The position numbers and the translations under genes were made by a program. DNA of 64,000 nt. Source: a virus. Location of the stretch: the IMG/VR virus record IMGVR_UViG_3300027782_000040. One strand, written 5' to 3'. This document shows positions 60,055-64,000 of this stretch, piece after piece (position 1 is the stretch's first letter; the number at the start of each line of letters is the position of its first letter). Under the pieces are notes generated by a model. It saw nothing but the letters and a program-made list of their open reading frames with translations, was not told the origin of the DNA and did no database searches.

Positions 60055-61416
60055 ATGAAAGTAAGCGAATTAACAACAATTATCGAAAACATCGTTTCTA
60101 ACGAAATTAGAAAGACAATTATGGAAGAGAATAATGGTAAGAAAGAAGTTTATCACATAAAATGTGAAGGTATACCTTTAGCAACATTTGAATCTGAAGA
60201 AGAGGCGAACGATGCATTACCTGATTATAAGGCTAAACATAAAGATGGTGAACTAATCATCGAAAAAGGAGTTTATGAAAGTCATGATGATATGATGAAT
60301 AAACTTGATGAGATGAACGACCAATTAGAAGAAACAGAAAATATGGAAAATACAGAAAAACAACCAATGGAAGGAAACGCTTTTAGTGGAGCATTAGCAG
60401 CAGCTAAATTAAAAGGTGAAAAAGAATTTAAAGTTGGTAAAAAAGAATATGATGTAAAAGAGGAAGAAGAGTGTGACGAGTGTGGTAGTTCTTCTATGGA
60501 AGAAGAGGAAAAAGGTGATGACGATTTTGAAAATATGTTAAGGGGTAGAAGAAAACACAGTTATGTAGATAAAGGTGAAGAAACACCTGACGAAATGGCT
60601 GAAGAAAAGAAATCTTGTGAAAAATGTGGTAAAGAAATATGTGAGTGTGGTGTTGGGTATATGGAAGAGGAGGATATGACAGAAAACAAACAAATGTGTA
60701 ATGAGTGTGGTGGTAAGATGAACGAAGAAGGTATGTGTAATGAATGTGGGTCAAAGATGTACGAATCAAAAAAGAAGACAGTACGTTTAACTGAATCTGA
60801 ATTAACTAAATTGATCGCTAAAATGGTTAGTGAATCAATTCCTGGTTTAGATGCTGCTAAGAAATCACATAATGAAAGTGGTAAAGAGAACCAAGAATAT
60901 TTGGCGTCTGTTGATAAGAAAATGAAAGATTATTTATCTTTTGATGGTAACGACAACCCTGAATTTCCTAAAGCTATCGGTAAGGGTGAAAAAGTTGCAA
61001 GAAAAAATACACCAGAACAAGAAGAAGAAATTGCAAAAAACTATGCAGGGTTAGAAAATTTAGAATATGATATTGAACCATCAGAACAATTTAAGAAAAG
61101 ATTGAAGATGGCTATTGAAGGAGATACGTTGATGGGTAATGGTAAAGTAACTGAACCTGCAAGTATTAAACCATCAAACGGTGCGGAGAAAGGAAAAGAA
61201 GCAAAAGAAAAAGAAGGTAATCACATTCAAACTCCTGAAACCGCTAAAAAGATAGAAAAACAAGTTAAAGATAGAGAAGAAGATAAAAAGAATAGAGTGT
61301 TATATTCTAAAGAAAAGGTTCCAGTTAGTGAATCAAAAGTAAATTTTTCAAGTGTTCTTGACAACGAAATCAAGAAAATGAAGAATATTTCAGAATACAA
61401 TAAAAAAACTCAATAA
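60055..61416 (+). CDS. Acidic probable head/scaffold-associated protein with CxxCG repeats
   Basis: Very E/K-rich; RLTESELTKLIAKMVSE; several C(xx)ECG units. Confidence 0.55.
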   Translation: MKVSELTTIIENIVSNEIRKTIMEENNGKKEVYHIKCEGIPLATFESEEEANDALPDYKAKHKDGELIIEKGVYESHDDMMNKLDEMNDQLEETENMENTEKQPMEGNAFSGALAAAKLKGEKEFKVGKKEYDVKEEEECDECGSSSMEEEEKGDDDFENMLRGRRKHSYVDKGEETPDEMAEEKKSCEKCGKEICECGVGYMEEEDMTENKQMCNECGGKMNEEGMCNECGSKMYESKKKTVRLTESELTKLIAKMVSESIPGLDAAKKSHNESGKENQEYLASVDKKMKDYLSFDGNDNPEFPKAIGKGEKVARKNTPEQEEEIAKNYAGLENLEYDIEPSEQFKKRLKMAIEGDTLMGNGKVTEPASIKPSNGAEKGKEAKEKEGNHIQTPETAKKIEKQVKDREEDKKNRVLYSKEKVPVSESKVNFSSVLDNEIKKMKNISEYNKKTQ

Positions 61417-61465
61417 TTTCTTTTTTTTAAATTCTTTAATCTTTATATTATAATATAATAAGGTT

Positions 61466-61921
61466 ATGGAAAATAAAGAAGGATATTTAGAGTTTGTACA
61501 TTCCGAAAGTTACAAGAATCAAATTGATGTTTGGTACAGAGCTTACAACATAAGTCGTGAGAAGACAGAACTTTTCTATGACTTTCTTATGTCATTATAT
61601 AATCTTTTACAAGAGACGTATTTAGGACCTGAAGTGTTTGAATTAGAGGAGGACCAAAAAAACCATTTTACATGGTGTTGGGATAAAACCATTGAAAATT
61701 TTAATAAAGAAAAGATATTTTTTAAAGAAAGGGGTAATTGTTATGAATACTGTTGGAACTTCTTTTTAGAGGCATATTATTTTGCACAACTAGATGATAA
61801 TCAAATAAAAATAACACAATATTTCTTTAAATTATTTAATTTTAAACATAGAAAGACCAGGTCCGAATTGGATATGTTGACCGAAATTTACAAATTGTTT
61901 GAACAAAACTTGAAAAAGTAG
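61466..61921 (+). CDS. Hypothetical protein
   Basis: 151 aa aromatic-rich ORF after a TATATT box. Confidence 0.75.
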   Translation: MENKEGYLEFVHSESYKNQIDVWYRAYNISREKTELFYDFLMSLYNLLQETYLGPEVFELEEDQKNHFTWCWDKTIENFNKEKIFFKERGNCYEYCWNFFLEAYYFAQLDDNQIKITQYFFKLFNFKHRKTRSELDMLTEIYKLFEQNLKK

Positions 61922-61961
61922 ATATTTTTCCGTATATTCGTATTAAAAACCGAATAATATT

Positions 61962-62153
61962 ATGGAAACCTTAAATAAAATAAAGGACCTAGTAGAGAAA
62001 ATGTCAGTAGATACACAAAAGGTTTATGATAAAGGAAACCGAAGTGCATCAATCAGAGCTAGGAAATACGCTCAAGAAATTAAATTACTAATTGCCATTT
62101 ATCGCAAGGACATCCTTGAAGAAATTAAAAAATACGACAATGTATCAAATTAA
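61962..62153 (+). CDS. Histone H1-like Hc1-family protein
   Basis: KGNRSASIRARKYAQEIK...YRK; TTGAAA-N17-TATATT upstream. Confidence 0.75.
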   Translation: METLNKIKDLVEKMSVDTQKVYDKGNRSASIRARKYAQEIKLLIAIYRKDILEEIKKYDNVSN

Positions 62154-62316
62154 AGTATTTTTATTTGTAATCAGTATATTATTTTCAATAAGATTAATCG
62201 CTGAATTTACAATTAAATTATTCCAAGATAATCCAGAACCTTTAGTATTATCAAAAACTGAACAGGTATTGGTATATCTTGCTGCTTCATATATAATAAC
62301 ATTCATATTAACATAA
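62140..62316 (+). CDS. Small two-TM membrane protein
   Basis: MYQIKVFLFVISILFSI...VLVYLAASYIITFILT. Confidence 0.7.
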   Translation: MYQIKVFLFVISILFSIRLIAEFTIKLFQDNPEPLVLSKTEQVLVYLAASYIITFILT

Positions 62317-62320
62317 TACC

Positions 62321-62776
62321 GTGTTTGAATCAATAAAATCAATAAGACCATATTTCCATTCATTAAGAGAAATTGAAAATAATGTTAGTTTAGATATTAA
62401 ATTACCATTGAATTGGAAATATGAAGAAATTTTAAAACCATATCGTTCGGTTGTAGTTAAAATTCAAGATAAAAATGAAAAATTTACATTAATGTCATTA
62501 ATTTCAAATGCAACACAAGAAGGATATGATGTTGTTTTTGCTTGTGCATTAGAAATATTTAAAGTAAATAAAGATGAAGAAGAGAAACAAAAACTTTTTC
62601 AATCGAAAGTAAAAAAATTACAAGAACTATTTAAGAATGAGTCATTAGATAAATTAAAAGGTTTAAATTTATTAGACAATTATGGACAAGAGAATACAAC
62701 AGGGATTGGAGATTCTGAGGAAGGAGATAGAGAAGGACTCGTTGGAGATAGAGACGAGCAAGAAGAGAATGATTGA
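62321..62776 (+). CDS. Hypothetical protein (GTG start)
   Basis: 151 aa ORF in a tightly packed operon. Confidence 0.7.
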   Translation: MFESIKSIRPYFHSLREIENNVSLDIKLPLNWKYEEILKPYRSVVVKIQDKNEKFTLMSLISNATQEGYDVVFACALEIFKVNKDEEEKQKLFQSKVKKLQELFKNESLDKLKGLNLLDNYGQENTTGIGDSEEGDREGLVGDRDEQEEND

Positions 62777-62885
62777 TGAAATCAAATCACTGGATAAAAA
62801 TAAAATGTTTCAGCCGAAACCAAAAAAGAAAGTATCTATAATAGATAAGATATTAAAGATATTAGGACATGGAAAAAAAAGGTGA
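62682..62885 (+). CDS. Hypothetical protein (67 aa)
   Basis: Overlaps both neighbours and fills the gap between them. Confidence 0.6.
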   Translation: MDKRIQQGLEILRKEIEKDSLEIETSKKRMIDEIKSLDKNKMFQPKPKKKVSIIDKILKILGHGKKR

Positions 62886-63102
62886 GTTATTAAATCAATT
62901 AGCTATTATATCGGATTTATTGGAAAAGGTAAATGCCGAGACTAAATCAACAACAATTGTTTTTGAATTATCAAATATGGAGTTTGATAGAGTGTTTCAG
63001 AGTATACAAAAAAAATATGGAAGTAAATTGGAGAACCCTAAAGGTAAGTTTAATATTACGATAGGGTTAATTGATATTGTATTTAATACGAATAATGTCT
63101 AA
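62869..63102 (+). CDS. Hypothetical protein (77 aa)
   Basis: Last + strand ORF before the convergent pair. Confidence 0.7.
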   Translation: MEKKGELLNQLAIISDLLEKVNAETKSTTIVFELSNMEFDRVFQSIQKKYGSKLENPKGKFNITIGLIDIVFNTNNV

Positions 63103-63724
63103 AAAGTTCTTCTTTTTTAAATCCTTTAGATTCTAATAGTTTATATAATAAACTTCTTTGATGTGTGGTTATATCTTTAACAAAAAAGAAATTACCCTTT
63201 TTTCTATTCACCAAATCCTTTTTTACAATTTCAAATAACCTATTCGCGTCATTTATATTCTTATTTCCAAATAACTTAATGTCATCATCAACTTGTACGA
63301 ATAATTTATTATTTAAAGTGAAAATTTGTGCTATTTCCGTTATAGGTAATATTTGTTCCATCATTATATGATACCTAATTCTTTTCTTTATTTGGAAATC
63401 ATATATTTGTTCTTCCTGCCAATACGGGATTATCTCTTTTATTCGAAATTTATCGTCTTCAATTAATGCTGGTTGATTCCTACCCAAACTATCCCTAACA
63501 TATGTTGCAGTTGCCCAACGGTTATTTGGGAAGATAAGAGCCAATTCAAAAACTAATTCGTTTTTTTTCCTCTTACCTCCTTGTTGTTTAAGAAAGGGTG
63601 GAACTTGTTGTGTTTTAAACTCCCTCCAATATTCGTAGGCGGTAGTTCTTTTCATACTCCTATGTAATATTTTAACCCTTTTTTGATTACAGAAAAGTAC
63701 TATAAAATATTTCCCGTTTTTCAT
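63083..63724 (-). CDS. Hypothetical basic protein (likely start MKNGKY at 63724)
   Basis: Long minus-strand ORF; ATGA overlap with the upstream small ORF. Confidence 0.75.
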   Translation of the reverse strand: MKNGKYFIVLFCNQKRVKILHRSMKRTTAYEYWREFKTQQVPPFLKQQGGKRKKNELVFELALIFPNNRWATATYVRDSLGRNQPALIEDDKFRIKEIIPYWQEEQIYDFQIKKRIRYHIMMEQILPITEIAQIFTLNNKLFVQVDDDIKLFGNKNINDANRLFEIVKKDLVNRKKGNFFFVKDITTHQRSLLYKLLESKGFKKEELFRHYSY

Positions 63725-63873
63725 AAAAATTTTATTATTAAAGAATAAAGACCATAACCACCTAAGATGAACCATATAATTGAAAATATAACAATTCCCT
63801 TAGGCACAAAATCCCCAGATTTAATCATCTCGTCTTTAATATTTTGTTTCTTTTTACAACTTGAACATGCCAT
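63721..63873 (-). CDS. Small membrane protein with N-terminal CxxC (50 aa; absent from the ORF track)
   Basis: Manual translation MACSSCKKKQNIKDEMIKSGDFVPKGIVIFSIIWFILGGYGLYSLIIKFL. Confidence 0.7.
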   Translation of the reverse strand: MACSSCKKKQNIKDEMIKSGDFVPKGIVIFSIIWFILGGYGLYSLIIKFL

Positions 63874-63944
63874 ATTAAAATATATACTTTTAATTTCTCT
63901 TTATCAATTTTTTTTGTTATATTTTTTAATATAATAAATGATAA

Positions 63945-64000
63945 ATGATTAGTTACATCGGAGGTAAAGCTCGTATAGGTAAATGGATAGTACCACAAAT
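63945..64000 (+). CDS. Dam/D12-family DNA adenine methyltransferase, 5' end only
   Basis: MISYIGGKARIGKWIVPQ matches the YxGGK N-terminal motif. Confidence 0.7.
   Translation, partial: MISYIGGKARIGKWIVPQ

Noticed and set aside
942-63371. Numerous 60-130 aa ORFs antisense to or nested in long genes
   Set aside because: They overlap well-supported genes and show no motifs or initiation context.
1-64000. TAG stop-codon reassignment as in some Bacteroidota phages
   Set aside because: Genes are full length in the standard code, and read-through at the TAG stops I checked (27280, 46903) does not join the next gene in frame.

Overview
AT-rich, densely coding window, almost all on the + strand in the standard code, from a large contractile-tailed (jumbo/myovirus-like) phage. 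The host is most likely Bacteroidota: no Shine-Dalgarno motifs, a TAnnTTTG promoter, Bacteroidota-type RpoD, ClpP and Hc1, and SprB repeats. Layout: baseplate hub genes (1-7.8 kb); small late genes including a Dps-like protein; a replication/recombination block (gp32-like SSB, RecA/UvsX, 5'-3' flap exonuclease, DnaB-like helicase, probable class II RNR; 9.4-16.6 kb); a long baseplate/tail-fibre block (16.6-43.6 kb) with a Gly-X-Y fibre and a mucin-like PT/SprB protein; a second DNA-metabolism block (RuvC-like, primase, PD-(D/E)XK nuclease, Mre11/SbcD, Rad50/SbcC; 43.6-53.2 kb) invaded by a homing endonuclease and a probable Type II R-M pair; then ClpP, a sigma factor, lysis-like genes, probable head proteins and small genes, ending in a partial Dam-family methylase. 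Most notable: (1) an intein-less fractured Mre11/SbcD whose halves carry charge-complementary acidic/basic tails, with the capping domain apparently fused to Rad50; (2) a [S/T]-G-x-T motif strongly enriched across outer virion proteins but absent from the RNR and inner wedge, a candidate modification sequon; (3) an A10 slippage site opening an ATG-less -1 frame extension of a membrane protein; (4) a candidate small RNA between ruvC and primase; (5) two promoter classes (TATTTAT late-type vs TATATT early-type). All assignments come from manual motif recognition; no searches were run.
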